The translations under genes were made by a program, and so were the position numbers. Shown here piece by piece: positions 28,176 through 37,665 of a stretch of 64,000 nt of DNA. Position 1 is the stretch's first letter. Each line of letters begins with the position of its first letter. This stretch comes from Caenibius sp. (GTDB taxonomy: Bacteria > Pseudomonadota > Alphaproteobacteria > Sphingomonadales > Sphingomonadaceae), in NCBI GenBank assembly GCA_030830695.1, contig JAURML010000026.1, positions 20,372 through 84,371 on the forward strand, given 5' to 3'. The notes below the pieces were generated by a model, which was not told the DNA's origin, made no database searches, and saw nothing but the letters and a program-made list of their open reading frames with translations.

Positions 28176-29042
28176 TCAGTTCCCAACGGTCTGGCGGATT
28201 GCCTGCTCGGCTATCCGGCGCATGATGACATAGCCATCGCGATTTGGGTGCAGGCCATCGTTGCCGAGATCACGACGTAATTTGCCCGTGCCATCATCGA
28301 GCGGCCCAAAATAGTCGACAAAGCGCACGTGATTGCGCCTCGCCAGGTCCTTGATCTTCAGATTCACGACTTGGGTGCGGGCGTCGCGGGACATGCTCAG
28401 ACCGGTCGGTGTGAGCCCGCCGAGGATCACCTTGATGCGGTGCTGTCTGGCCAGGTCGACCATTGATTGCAGGTTATCAAGGATCATTTCGTCGGAGGAA
28501 GGGCCGGTGTTGCCAAATACATCGTTGGTTCCGGCAAGGATGTGTACTGCCTTGGGTTTCAGTGTGATCACGTCCTGCTGGAAACGCAACAGTATCTGCG
28601 GCGTCGTCTGACCCGAAATACCCCGGTTTACGATCCCGGCAGAAAACAGCTGCGGATCGGCTATGCCCCAGTTTTCGGTGATGGAATCGCCCAGAAACAC
28701 AACCTGCACCAGCTCGCCCGATGCAAGTAACTCGCGATTGGCGGCAAGATACTTGCACAGGTTCGGGAAATCCTTGGTCTGCTTGGCTTTCTCAGCAATA
28801 CTGAAATCCATCAGCCGCTTTAGCTCTTCCGGCGGGAACTTGCTGTAATTGATCTGCTTGCCCGGCTCCAGCAGCTCGTTTGTCAGCTTCTGCACTTCAG
28901 GCGGCATAGCGCTCACTCCGCAGATCGCCTCAAACCCTTCCGACGCGCTGGCATGACTGGCCAAATAGAACGGCGAAATTGTTAGTGCGCTGGCTACGCC
29001 GAGTACGCGAAACTTGTTCATGACAGACCTCTCTTGTGACAT
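28176..29042 (-). CDS. Secreted SGNH/GDSL-type hydrolase (esterase)
   Basis: 'VVFLGDSITENWG' (block I) and 'GNDGLHPNRDGY' (block V DxxH). Signal-peptide-like 'MNKFRVLGVASALTISPFYLASHASA'; the start may be the Met at 29021. Confidence 0.75.
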   Translation of the reverse strand: MSQERSVMNKFRVLGVASALTISPFYLASHASASEGFEAICGVSAMPPEVQKLTNELLEPGKQINYSKFPPEELKRLMDFSIAEKAKQTKDFPNLCKYLAANRELLASGELVQVVFLGDSITENWGIADPQLFSAGIVNRGISGQTTPQILLRFQQDVITLKPKAVHILAGTNDVFGNTGPSSDEMILDNLQSMVDLARQHRIKVILGGLTPTGLSMSRDARTQVVNLKIKDLARRNHVRFVDYFGPLDDGTGKLRRDLGNDGLHPNRDGYVIMRRIAEQAIRQTVGN

Positions 29043-29146
29043 GCGAGCAGCGCAGGGGTTTTCAACCGTTCGCGAAAAAACTGAACCGTCGTGGCGGCTA
29101 CGAAAATGTGCAAGATGCAGTGGGTTATGATCATGATCGGCCCGGC

Positions 29147-29941
29147 TCAGCAGAAATCCGAGCCACCATCGACGTTGATCGCAGCGCCGGTCATGTAGGT
29201 GCTGCGAGGCGAGGCGACGAAAGCGATTACGGGACCAATTTCCGAGGGATCGCCCGCTCGCGGCAGATGTGCGGGATGGCCGAAATGATCGCGGATTCCG
29301 TCCATCACCGATGCCATGTCATCGGGATCATAACCTTCGCGTGCGGCCCACTTCTTGAGCGCAGGGCTGGCATAACTGCCGGGCAGGATCGTGTTGACCA
29401 GGATGTTTTCCGGCGCAAGCGAAAGCGACAGATTCTTGGTCACGCTGGCGACCACCGCCTTGGCCGCAGTATAGGCGACGAGGTTCGGTGCTTGGCGCTT
29501 GATCGAATGCGCCGACAGATTGACGATGCGGCCCCAGCTGGCCTTGCGGATCAGCGGCAGGCCGGCACGTACACAGCGGATCATACCCATGGCACCCAGA
29601 TCGATGATATCGAACCAATCCTTATCGGTAAGCTGGTCGAAGGTGCCGACCCCGGTCGGACCGGTGCAGTTTACCAAGCTGTTGATGTGGCCCCAGCGTT
29701 GGCCGATCGCGGCAAACGCGGCATCGACTTCATGGGCCTTGGTGATATCGGCAGCGAAACCGGCGGCATCGGCAGCGCCTAGCGAGAGCAGTTCGGCCAC
29801 GACCTCGTCCAGAGTCTCGCGGGTTCGCGCTATGATGCCGACCTTGGCACCCTCTTCGGCAAAGCAGCGCGCAGCGGCAAGGCCCATGCCCATGCTCCCG
29901 CCCTGTACGATGACCACCGCGTCCTTCAAACCGAGGTCCAT
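29147..29941 (-). CDS. SDR family oxidoreductase
   Basis: Rossmann motif 'VIVQGGSMGMGLAAARCF' and catalytic 'YTAAKAVV' (YxxxK). 264 aa. Confidence 0.85.
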   Translation of the reverse strand: MDLGLKDAVVIVQGGSMGMGLAAARCFAEEGAKVGIIARTRETLDEVVAELLSLGAADAAGFAADITKAHEVDAAFAAIGQRWGHINSLVNCTGPTGVGTFDQLTDKDWFDIIDLGAMGMIRCVRAGLPLIRKASWGRIVNLSAHSIKRQAPNLVAYTAAKAVVASVTKNLSLSLAPENILVNTILPGSYASPALKKWAAREGYDPDDMASVMDGIRDHFGHPAHLPRAGDPSEIGPVIAFVASPRSTYMTGAAINVDGGSDFC

Positions 29942-29981
29942 ATTCCCTCCATATTACCGACAGCCGAAGGAGTCCGGCCGC

Positions 29982-31385
29982 TTATTCTTCGACTGTGACC
30001 ACCTTGCCCGGATTAAGGATGTTCGCCGGATCCAACGTGCGCTTGAGCAGACGCATCAGTTGCAGCTCCTCAGCATTGCGCGACCAGCCGAGCCAGGCTT
30101 GCTTTTCCAGCCCGATCCCGTGCTCGGCACTGATCGATCCGCCCCGGCGGGTAACCTCACCATAGATGATGTCGTTCAGCGCCTTCTTGGTCGCCTTGTC
30201 GCGCGCGCCCACCCCAGCAACCAGATGCAGATTGCCATCGCCCAGGTGGCCGAACACGGTCAGCGTGGCCTTGCCCGGCCAGGCAGCTTCCAGTGCGGTG
30301 CGGACGCTGGCGACATAATCTTCCATGTCGCCCAGCCGCAGCGAGACGTCATAGGTAAAGATCGGCCAATTGCGCGCGGTCTGCCCGATATCGTCGCGCA
30401 GCTCCCACATGGCGTTGCGTTCCGCCTGGGACTTGGCGAGCGCGGCGTCGGCGAGGAGGTCCTTTTCGAAGGCCTCCATCAGCACGGCTTCGAACCGCTC
30501 GCTGTCCGCCTGCTGGTCCTGGCCCTGGGCCTCGATCAGCACATAATAGGGGTGCCGCCCCTCAAGCGGAGCTCGGCCTAGCGCCGGCGGCGCGGTCACG
30601 AGATCGTAGAAATCACTCCACATCACTTCATAAGCGGACAGCGACCCGGACAGTCGCTGCTCCATGTGGCGCAGCAAGCGAGGTAGATGTTCGAACGATT
30701 CGACCCCGACGAATGCGGTGTCCTGGCTGGTCGGCAGCGGTTTCAGCCGCAACACGGCGCGGGTGACGATGCCCAGCGTCCCTTCCGAACCGATGAACAG
30801 CTGCTTCAGATCGTAGCCGGCGTTGTTCTTGATGAGATGGTTCATCGAAGACACCACTGTGCCATCGGCCAGCACCGCCTCCAACCCGAGCACCATCTCG
30901 CGCACCATGCCATAGCGGATCACTCGGTTGCCGCCCGCATTGGTGGCGATCACGCCGCCTATCATGGCCGAACCGCGCGCGCCAAGATCAAGCGGCAGCA
31001 GCAAGCCTTCGCGCTCCGCCGCCTCTGCCGCGGTCTGCAGGATGCAGCCGGCCTCCACCGTGATCGTCCCGCCGATCGCATCTACCTCTTCGATCGCGGC
31101 CATGCGCTCAAGGCTCAGCGCGATGTGGCCGTCCGAAAAGATGCCGTGGACCAATCCCGTCTTGCCGCCCCATGCAGTCACCGGGATTCTGGCCTCGTTG
31201 CACAATTTGAGCGCAGCAGAGACTTCGCTGGTCGACGATGGACGGACAACGGCCAGTGGCGTCCCGACGCGACTCCAGTCGCTGACCGCCTTTTCCTTGG
31301 CCGCTTCGCCGAGCAGCACGCCGCCAACCGCTGGAACGGCCTGCGCCAGAGCCTCAACTAGGTCAGCGGGAAGCTCGGTCATCAT
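29982..31385 (-). CDS. FAD-linked oxidase / GlcD-type (D-2-hydroxyacid) dehydrogenase
   Basis: 'VVRPSSTSEVSAALKLCNEARIPVTAWGGKTGLVHG' (FAD_binding_4) and C-terminal 'SISAEHGIGLEK'. Start 'MMTELP' overlaps the stop of 31382..32935 (ATGA). The ORF-table N-terminal extension to 31664 is rejected. Confidence 0.85.
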   Translation of the reverse strand: MMTELPADLVEALAQAVPAVGGVLLGEAAKEKAVSDWSRVGTPLAVVRPSSTSEVSAALKLCNEARIPVTAWGGKTGLVHGIFSDGHIALSLERMAAIEEVDAIGGTITVEAGCILQTAAEAAEREGLLLPLDLGARGSAMIGGVIATNAGGNRVIRYGMVREMVLGLEAVLADGTVVSSMNHLIKNNAGYDLKQLFIGSEGTLGIVTRAVLRLKPLPTSQDTAFVGVESFEHLPRLLRHMEQRLSGSLSAYEVMWSDFYDLVTAPPALGRAPLEGRHPYYVLIEAQGQDQQADSERFEAVLMEAFEKDLLADAALAKSQAERNAMWELRDDIGQTARNWPIFTYDVSLRLGDMEDYVASVRTALEAAWPGKATLTVFGHLGDGNLHLVAGVGARDKATKKALNDIIYGEVTRRGGSISAEHGIGLEKQAWLGWSRNAEELQLMRLLKRTLDPANILNPGKVVTVEE

Positions 31386-32935
31386 CCGATGATGGCTTCG
31401 ATCAGGCGCGGTCCGGGCGTAGCCATGGCCTTGGCGAACTGCTCGGTGAATTCCGTGATCGAATGCGCCTCGCTCGCCTCGACCCCCATTGAACGAGCCA
31501 AGGCCGCCCAGCCGATATCCGGATTGCGCAGCGACAGCATGTCCTTGGCGCGTTCGCCCGGATTTTCCACGCCGACCCGACCCAGTTCGACGTTGAGGAT
31601 GCGGTAGGAACGGTTGGCAAAGACCACCGTTGTCACATCGCATTTTTCCCGGGCCATGCTCCACAGCGCCTGCGGGGTGTACATGCCCGAACCATCGCCG
31701 GTGATGCAGACCACCTTGGCCTCAGGCGCGGCAATCGCGGCACCCAGCGCAAGCGGCAGCCCCTGCCCGATCGACCCGCCGGTGAGCGGCATGTGCAGGT
31801 GCCTGCGTCCGGCATGACTGGCCGCCATGGTCGGCCCGGAAGAGGTTGCCCCGTCATCGGAAATGATCGCGCCTTCCGGCAGAAAATGGCCGATCACCTG
31901 ACCGATGGTATGGGCGTTGAACTTGGCCCCGGCGGGCGGCAGTTCCGGCAATAGCAGCGTGGTGCGCGACTGTGCACTGGCAGGCGCCCCTACAGCATCG
32001 GCCAGCGCGGCCAATGCCGCCACGCCACCTTCGTGCGGCTGCGCCAAGTTGAGCACTTCGCACTGCGGCGGCAGGCACCAACTGGGCTTGCCGGGATACG
32101 CAAAAAAGGCAGTCGGAGGCTTGGCCCCGACGAGCACGATAGCATCGAGATCACCGAGGAATTCGACGATCTGTTCGGCGAAATAAGGGATCCGCTCAAC
32201 CGGAACGACCCCGTCGCCGCGTTCGAGCACCGGGGCAAAGGTATCACACAGCAGCCGGGTGCCGGTGGCATCAGCAATCCGGCCAGCCTGCTCAAGTCCG
32301 GCAAAGCGCAGGGCATCGCCGCGCATGAGGATCGCGGTCTTGCCGCCCCTGCCCAGTGCATTGGCCACGCGCGCAACCGCATCGCCGGACACCGCCGAAG
32401 GGCCATTGACCGGCAGGCACGGGGCCGCGCCTTCGGCATCAAGCCAAGCGGTATCGGCGGGCAGGATCAGCGTGGCGATCTGCCCCGGTGCGGCGCGGGC
32501 CGCCTGAACAGCCCGAGCAGCATCGGCCGCGACGGTCAGGGGCGAAAGACTGGCCTCGACCCAAGCTGAGACCGGACGCGCGAAACCCGCGACATCGGAT
32601 GCCAGAGGCGGATCATACTGCGCGTGATAGGTCGCGTGATCGCCAACGATGTTGACCACTGGAGAGCTCGCCCGGCGGGCATTGTGCAGGTTGGCGAGGC
32701 CATTGGCGAGGCCCGGACCGAGGTGCAGCAATGTGGCGGCAGGCCGGCCGGTTACCCGCGCATAACCATCGGCAGCGCCGGTCACCACGCCTTCGAACAG
32801 GCCCAGCACGCAGCGGATCCCCTCGACCGAATCGAGCGCAGCGACAAAGTGCATCTCCGATGTGCCGGGATTGGCGAAACAGGTGTCGATTCCTGACGCA
32901 ACCAGCGTCCGGACAAGGCTTTCAGCGCCGTTCAT
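31382..32935 (-). CDS. Thiamine-diphosphate-dependent enzyme, benzoylformate-decarboxylase/acetolactate-synthase-like (517 aa)
   Basis: N-terminal 'GIDTCFANPGTSEMHF' and cofactor-activating Glu in 'LFEGV'. ThDP motif 'GDGSGMYTPQALWSMAREKCDVTTVVFANRSY' (GDG-x25-N). Confidence 0.85.
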   Translation of the reverse strand: MNGAESLVRTLVASGIDTCFANPGTSEMHFVAALDSVEGIRCVLGLFEGVVTGAADGYARVTGRPAATLLHLGPGLANGLANLHNARRASSPVVNIVGDHATYHAQYDPPLASDVAGFARPVSAWVEASLSPLTVAADAARAVQAARAAPGQIATLILPADTAWLDAEGAAPCLPVNGPSAVSGDAVARVANALGRGGKTAILMRGDALRFAGLEQAGRIADATGTRLLCDTFAPVLERGDGVVPVERIPYFAEQIVEFLGDLDAIVLVGAKPPTAFFAYPGKPSWCLPPQCEVLNLAQPHEGGVAALAALADAVGAPASAQSRTTLLLPELPPAGAKFNAHTIGQVIGHFLPEGAIISDDGATSSGPTMAASHAGRRHLHMPLTGGSIGQGLPLALGAAIAAPEAKVVCITGDGSGMYTPQALWSMAREKCDVTTVVFANRSYRILNVELGRVGVENPGERAKDMLSLRNPDIGWAALARSMGVEASEAHSITEFTEQFAKAMATPGPRLIEAIIG

Positions 32936-32961
32936 GGGACCGGGGACCTCCTCGCCTCAAT

Positions 32962-34197
32962 TCAGTCGCACCGGTGGACCGGCGGCGGCGGCGGATCGGG
33001 AAGCTTGCACAGGCCGGTCTTGCGCGAAGCGACGAGAATCGTTGCCGAAGCCCGGATATTCTCCTTGCCGCGCTGGTTGACTCCGCGCACATCAAGCTCG
33101 ATCAGGGGTCCCAAAACGTCATCGACCCGCACATCGGTGATCGTTCCCGTCAGCCAGGTAGTATCGCCCATATAGTTGAAATTGCGGAATTCGTACCGCA
33201 TGCGATAAACCCACGCATCGTCGCCAGAATAGTTCGAGAGGTAGTGGCAGACCATTGTCTGCCGCAGCGCGCCGATATCGTAGATATTGGGAATGCCCAC
33301 TTCGCGTGCGAGGTCAGCCTCCCAGTGCACGCGCTGGACAGTATCCCAGGCTCCATAATGGTTTTTGCTATAGAAGCCGCGCAGGCGCTTGCGGTTTTCA
33401 TAGGCAAGACGATAGGCCCAGTTGCCATAAATCAGCCAGCCCGCGCCCATGTGGAAGTTGATGAGATCGGTGATCGTGAGCGGACCCTTGACCATGCGCG
33501 GCAGCACCTGACCGACCGCGACATCCTCGATGTAGAGGGTATCGCTGCCACGGACATATTCGGCATCGTAGGCGGCTTCAATTTCGTCCAGTTCCGCGTC
33601 AGTATAGCTGGCCGGCGCATCGGGTTCGCGCTTGCTTTTCGACAGTTCGTCCTTATGCTTGCGGCGCTCGGCATGGACAAACCATTCCATGCCATCGGAA
33701 TAGACGACATCGTCCTTGTCCCACAGCGCCAGGCCGTTGGTGACAATTGCCGAACGGCCGGCGAATTCCGATTCCTTCACCTCCACTCCGTCGACCCACT
33801 TGGTGCGGTAGAGCTTTACCCCTTCGGTGATCGGGCGGTAATAGAAGTTCTCCCCACCCGAATAAAACAGCTGGACACCGCGGAGCGCCTTGTTCGTGTC
33901 TTTCATGTCCTCCGGCAATTCGCGGGTGCGCAGGATGCCCATCGACTTCTCGAAGCCTAGCGGAGCAATAGTTTCGCTCCAGCGGGTCTTGCTGGCATAT
34001 TCGGGGTCGATGTAGAGTGGATTATCATCACCCATGCACAGCGACCAGCGACGCACGGCATCGGCAGTTGCAATCTCGTTCCAAGCGCCACCGTGAATCC
34101 CGGCGCGCAGCGTGGGATTGGGATAGCCAATCCGCCGCCGCATTAATTCCACCGATTCGTCCGTGATCCGTCCCCGGATCAGACTTTGACTCGACAT
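32962..34197 (-). CDS. Double hot-dog fold (FAS1-like/MaoC-like) acyl dehydratase/hydratase
   Basis: 'ADAVRRWSLCMGDDNPLYIDPEYASKTRWSETIAPLGF' matches the MaoC_dehydrat_N pattern. About 410 aa. Start at the ATG at 34197; the ORF-table start at 34218 is a TTG. Confidence 0.6.
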   Translation of the reverse strand: MSSQSLIRGRITDESVELMRRRIGYPNPTLRAGIHGGAWNEIATADAVRRWSLCMGDDNPLYIDPEYASKTRWSETIAPLGFEKSMGILRTRELPEDMKDTNKALRGVQLFYSGGENFYYRPITEGVKLYRTKWVDGVEVKESEFAGRSAIVTNGLALWDKDDVVYSDGMEWFVHAERRKHKDELSKSKREPDAPASYTDAELDEIEAAYDAEYVRGSDTLYIEDVAVGQVLPRMVKGPLTITDLINFHMGAGWLIYGNWAYRLAYENRKRLRGFYSKNHYGAWDTVQRVHWEADLAREVGIPNIYDIGALRQTMVCHYLSNYSGDDAWVYRMRYEFRNFNYMGDTTWLTGTITDVRVDDVLGPLIELDVRGVNQRGKENIRASATILVASRKTGLCKLPDPPPPPVHRCD

Positions 34198-34272
34198 CCG
34201 TGCAACGCCCCCATTCAATAGAGTTATTCGTTTTACTAGCGCCCATCTTTGTACATGGGAAGCGAAGATCGC

Positions 34273-35073
34273 CTATCTTTTTGACAAAGCCTCGCGTGAC
34301 AGCAGCATATGCGTGGCTTCGAGATCAAGAAGGCTTTCGAGCGTGCCTGTCTCGGCCGCGTTGAGATTGCGTTTCATATAACCGTATGCCGTCCGTGGCC
34401 CATCGGCAAAGCGCCGCGCCAAAGCCATGACCTGGGCTGCGAGATCGGCATCGTCATGCACCGCCGAAACCATCCCGGCAGCAAGCGCTTGACGGGCATC
34501 GATCCTTTCACAAAGCAAATAAAGCTCACGAGCCTTGGCCGTGCCGAGGATTCGCGTCCAGAACCAGCTTCCGCCGTAATCTCCGGAAAGGCCGGCCCGG
34601 GCAAACACACTGGTCAGCATCGCCGATTCCCCCGCGATGCGGATATCGCACGCCCCGGCGAGGCTCAGCCCGGCACCGGCACAGGCTCCATTGATCATGG
34701 CGATCGTCGGTTTGGCCATGTCATGGAGCAAGCGCGCCGCCTCGGTCGACCGACGCAGCCATTCCGCGCGCGCCTGGAACGAGGTCTGCCTCGATGGCTT
34801 GGAGGCATCTTCGGCAAGCTTTTCAGCAGCCTGCTCACGCGCCGCCTTAGATGCCTTCATATCGCCGCCTGCGCAGAAGGCTCGGCCTGCCCCGGTCAGG
34901 ATCACGCAAGCGACACCGGGATTGTTGGCAGCCCGAGCTACCGCATCGTTGAGCAGCCGCATAAGCGAGGTGTTGAGTGCGTTCAGATTGTCAGGCCGGT
35001 TAAGCACCAGCGTCAAGACGCCCTCGTCCTCTAATTCCAGCAGCTCGGGCTCTGCTTCATTGGCCTCAGTCAT
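34273..35073 (-). CDS. Enoyl-CoA hydratase/isomerase (crotonase fold)
   Basis: 'LVLNRPDNLNAL', 'AFCAGGDM', 'GACAGAGLSLAGACDIRIAG'. ATGA overlap with the upstream synthetase gene. Confidence 0.85.
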   Translation of the reverse strand: MTEANEAEPELLELEDEGVLTLVLNRPDNLNALNTSLMRLLNDAVARAANNPGVACVILTGAGRAFCAGGDMKASKAAREQAAEKLAEDASKPSRQTSFQARAEWLRRSTEAARLLHDMAKPTIAMINGACAGAGLSLAGACDIRIAGESAMLTSVFARAGLSGDYGGSWFWTRILGTAKARELYLLCERIDARQALAAGMVSAVHDDADLAAQVMALARRFADGPRTAYGYMKRNLNAAETGTLESLLDLEATHMLLSREALSKR

Positions 35074-36641
35074 CCGAACTCTCCTGCCTGCAATCTGAAT
35101 TTCTGTACCTTTCCGGTCGAAGTCCGCGGCAGTGCGTCAACAAGGACAATAGAACGCGGAACCTTGAAGTTGGCCATGTTTTGGCGGCACCAATCAATGA
35201 TCTGTGCCGGATCAGGCTTGCCCCCGTCTGATCGCGCCACCACAAATGCCTTACCGACTTCGCCCATCCGGTGATCGGGAACACCTACCACCGCAACTTC
35301 GACTACAGCTGGATGATGAGCCATCATGGCTTCGATTTCCGCAGGATAACAGTTGAAGCCGCCGACGATGTAGACGTCTTTCTGACGGCCAGTGATGAAC
35401 AGATATCCACGCTCGTCGATCTTGCCGAGATCGCCAGTATGCAGCCAGCCTTCGGCATCGATTGCCTCGGCCGTGGCCGCGGGATCGTTGAAGTAACCCT
35501 GCATCACGTTATCGCCGCAGATCACAACCTCGCCCTCCTGTCCGGGACCCAGCAAGGCACCATCGGCATCCTTGATGGCGATCTCGGTGCCTGCGATCGC
35601 CTTGCCCGGCGAGGTGATCAGAATCTCGGTCGGATCGCTGGCGCTGGTCATGGTGGCCGTGCCGCAGCATTCGGTGAGGCCATAGCCAGTCAGGATCTGT
35701 TCGATCCCTAGGTCGTCATGCATGGCCTGGATAAGTGAGGGCGCCACCATGGTCGCACCGGTTATGGCGACCCTCAGCGAGGACAGTGCCCCCGCGCGGG
35801 CTTCCTCGGATTCGAGCAGGGACTGGAAGAGCGTGGGCGGCCCCGGTAGCATCGTGATCTTCTCGTCAGCGACAAGCCGCACCAACTTGCCGGTTTCGAA
35901 AACCGCCTGCGGATAAAGTGTCGCGCCTGCCAGCAGGCTCGCCAGCCAGCCCGATTTGTAGCCCGAGCAATGAAAGAACGGCCAGATCAGCGCATAGCGG
36001 TCATTGGCGGCCAGACTTGTCGCCCGATTCCACTCCCGATAGGTCCGGACGTTTTGGCCATGCAGGGTCAGAACCCCCTTGGGCGCTCCGGTAGTGCCTG
36101 AGGTGAACAGGATGTCCGATGGGCTTTCTCCGGTCAGCGCGGCGAGCCGCCGTGCAGCCTCGGCACCTGCTTGTTCGTCATTCGCAGCTGCTGCGATGAA
36201 ATTGCGCCATTCATCCGTGTCGGCTTCGGCCGTCGGGATCGCAATGACCTGGCCGAGCTGGGGCAGATCAAGCCCCCTGAGCATTGCGCGATAATCAATT
36301 CCAATGAACAGGCTGGAATGAACAAGAAAACGCGCACCGCTGTGTGCCAGCGCATATTGCGCCTCCAGCCCCTTCAATCGCGTATTGATCGGAACGACGA
36401 TGCCGCCGGCAGCTTGTGCGCCAAGGCAGGCGATGACCCAGTCGATCCCGTTGTGCGCCCAGATCGCGACGCGGTCCCCAGGTTCCAGACCAGCCCGTAC
36501 GAATGCCCGGGCCGCAGCAAGCATTTCTTCGGCCAGCGCGGCGTAACCGATCTGTCTGCTATCTTCGATGATGGCCGGGTGATTGCCCCGATCTGCAGCC
36601 GCCGCCAGCACAACATGAGGCAAGGTCACAGCCTCAGACAT
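35070..36641 (-). CDS. Acyl-CoA synthetase (AMP-forming)
   Basis: 'ILFTSGTTGAPKGV', 'GYGLTE', 'TGDLGKIDERGYLFITGRQKD'. Start 'MSEAVTLPH' at 36641 overlaps the aldo/keto reductase (AKR) stop by 8 nt. The longer ORF (to 36863) is rejected. Confidence 0.9.
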   Translation of the reverse strand: MSEAVTLPHVVLAAAADRGNHPAIIEDSRQIGYAALAEEMLAAARAFVRAGLEPGDRVAIWAHNGIDWVIACLGAQAAGGIVVPINTRLKGLEAQYALAHSGARFLVHSSLFIGIDYRAMLRGLDLPQLGQVIAIPTAEADTDEWRNFIAAAANDEQAGAEAARRLAALTGESPSDILFTSGTTGAPKGVLTLHGQNVRTYREWNRATSLAANDRYALIWPFFHCSGYKSGWLASLLAGATLYPQAVFETGKLVRLVADEKITMLPGPPTLFQSLLESEEARAGALSSLRVAITGATMVAPSLIQAMHDDLGIEQILTGYGLTECCGTATMTSASDPTEILITSPGKAIAGTEIAIKDADGALLGPGQEGEVVICGDNVMQGYFNDPAATAEAIDAEGWLHTGDLGKIDERGYLFITGRQKDVYIVGGFNCYPAEIEAMMAHHPAVVEVAVVGVPDHRMGEVGKAFVVARSDGGKPDPAQIIDWCRQNMANFKVPRSIVLVDALPRTSTGKVQKFRLQAGEFG

Positions 36642-37665
36642 AGCTGTCACGCGCCGAAGAGGATCCACGCACGGCCCAGGGGCCATAGTCCATCGTGAGA
36701 TCGCCAACGGCATTGATCGCCGCGGCCTGCTCGTCCGAAAGGACCACCTTGGCCGCCCCGAGGTTATCATCCACCTGCGCCACGCTGCGGGCACCGAACA
36801 GAACGCTGGTGATCGGCTCCTGTCGCAGCAGCCAGGCCAGCGCGACTTGAGCGCTGGTCGCACCGACCTCAGCGGCCACCACGCCGATAGCCTCTACCAC
36901 GTCGAATAGCTTGTCGCGATCGACAACCGGGGGCACGTTGCCACCGCTGCGGCCTTCGCCTGCCCCGCCGCCATCGCGGCTGTACTTGCCCGAAAGCAGT
37001 CCCCCCAAGAGCGGCCCCCAGGCAAGGATGCCGAGCTTCTGGTCGCGCGCCATCGGCGCAATCTCACGTTCGATGCCTCGCGTGGCGGCCGACCAGTTCG
37101 CCTCTATCACCTCAAGCCGCGCAAGACTGCCGAGGGCAGCAATGCCATTGGCTTTCATCACCTGCCACGCCGCGAAATTGGAACAGCCCAGATAGCGGAT
37201 CTTGCCTGCCCGGACGAGGCCGTCGAGCGTTTCCATCGATTCCTCCAACGGGGTCGCCGGGTCGAAATAGTGGATCATGAACAGGTCGAGATAATCGACA
37301 TTCAGCCGACGCAGGCTGTCATGGACAGAACGCAGCAGATGCGCCCGCGATGCGCCCAGCTGGTTGGGCCCCGGCCCCATTCGCCCGCCCGCTTTTGTGG
37401 CAATCACGATATCGGCGCGATCGATTGCCAGGTTACGGATCGCCTGACCGACGCATTGTTCGGATTCGCCCGCAGCATATACATCTGCAGTATCGAGGAA
37501 GTTTATCCCGGAATCGACCGCATGGCCGACGATCCGGTCCACATCAGGCTGGCGCAAACCGCCCAGAGTCGACCAGAATGGTGAATCCGCACCGCCGAAG
37601 GTGTTTGTGCCGAGGCAAAGTTCAGAGACCAGCAGGCCGCTGTTGCCAAGCCGCTTATACCGCAT
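36634..37665 (-). CDS. Aldo/keto reductase (AKR)
   Basis: 'MRYKRLGNSGLLVSELCLGTNTFGG', 'INFLDTADVY', 'IRYLGCSNF'. Start at 37665 overlaps the upstream gene by 11 nt. Confidence 0.85.
   Translation of the reverse strand: MRYKRLGNSGLLVSELCLGTNTFGGADSPFWSTLGGLRQPDVDRIVGHAVDSGINFLDTADVYAAGESEQCVGQAIRNLAIDRADIVIATKAGGRMGPGPNQLGASRAHLLRSVHDSLRRLNVDYLDLFMIHYFDPATPLEESMETLDGLVRAGKIRYLGCSNFAAWQVMKANGIAALGSLARLEVIEANWSAATRGIEREIAPMARDQKLGILAWGPLLGGLLSGKYSRDGGGAGEGRSGGNVPPVVDRDKLFDVVEAIGVVAAEVGATSAQVALAWLLRQEPITSVLFGARSVAQVDDNLGAAKVVLSDEQAAAINAVGDLTMDYGPWAVRGSSSARDSYV

Noticed and set aside
29982-31664. N-terminal extensions offered by the ORF table: 560 aa here, and likewise 10111, 35070..36863, 36634..37770, 48205, 20478..21578, 40085 and 60907
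   Set aside because: The extensions overlap the upstream genes or promoters and are Arg/Gly-rich with no homology-like pattern. Internal Met codons with RBS, or with ATGA/ATGTCTGA coupling to the upstream stop, give proteins of canonical family length.
31382-32935. Calling the ThDP enzyme acetolactate synthase (ilvB/ilvG)
   Set aside because: There is no ALS regulatory small-subunit gene. The protein is only 517 aa, is coupled to a FAD oxidase, and is embedded in a catabolic CoA operon. A biosynthetic role seems unlikely, so the call is kept generic.
36634-36641. Recurrent junction sequence ATGTCTGA at three start/stop overlaps (36634..36641, 38472..38479, 51877..51884)
   Set aside because: It was considered as a possible conserved regulatory or recoding motif. 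It is most simply a coincidence of Met-Ser-Glu/Asp N-termini overlapping a TGA stop. There are too few instances to claim more.
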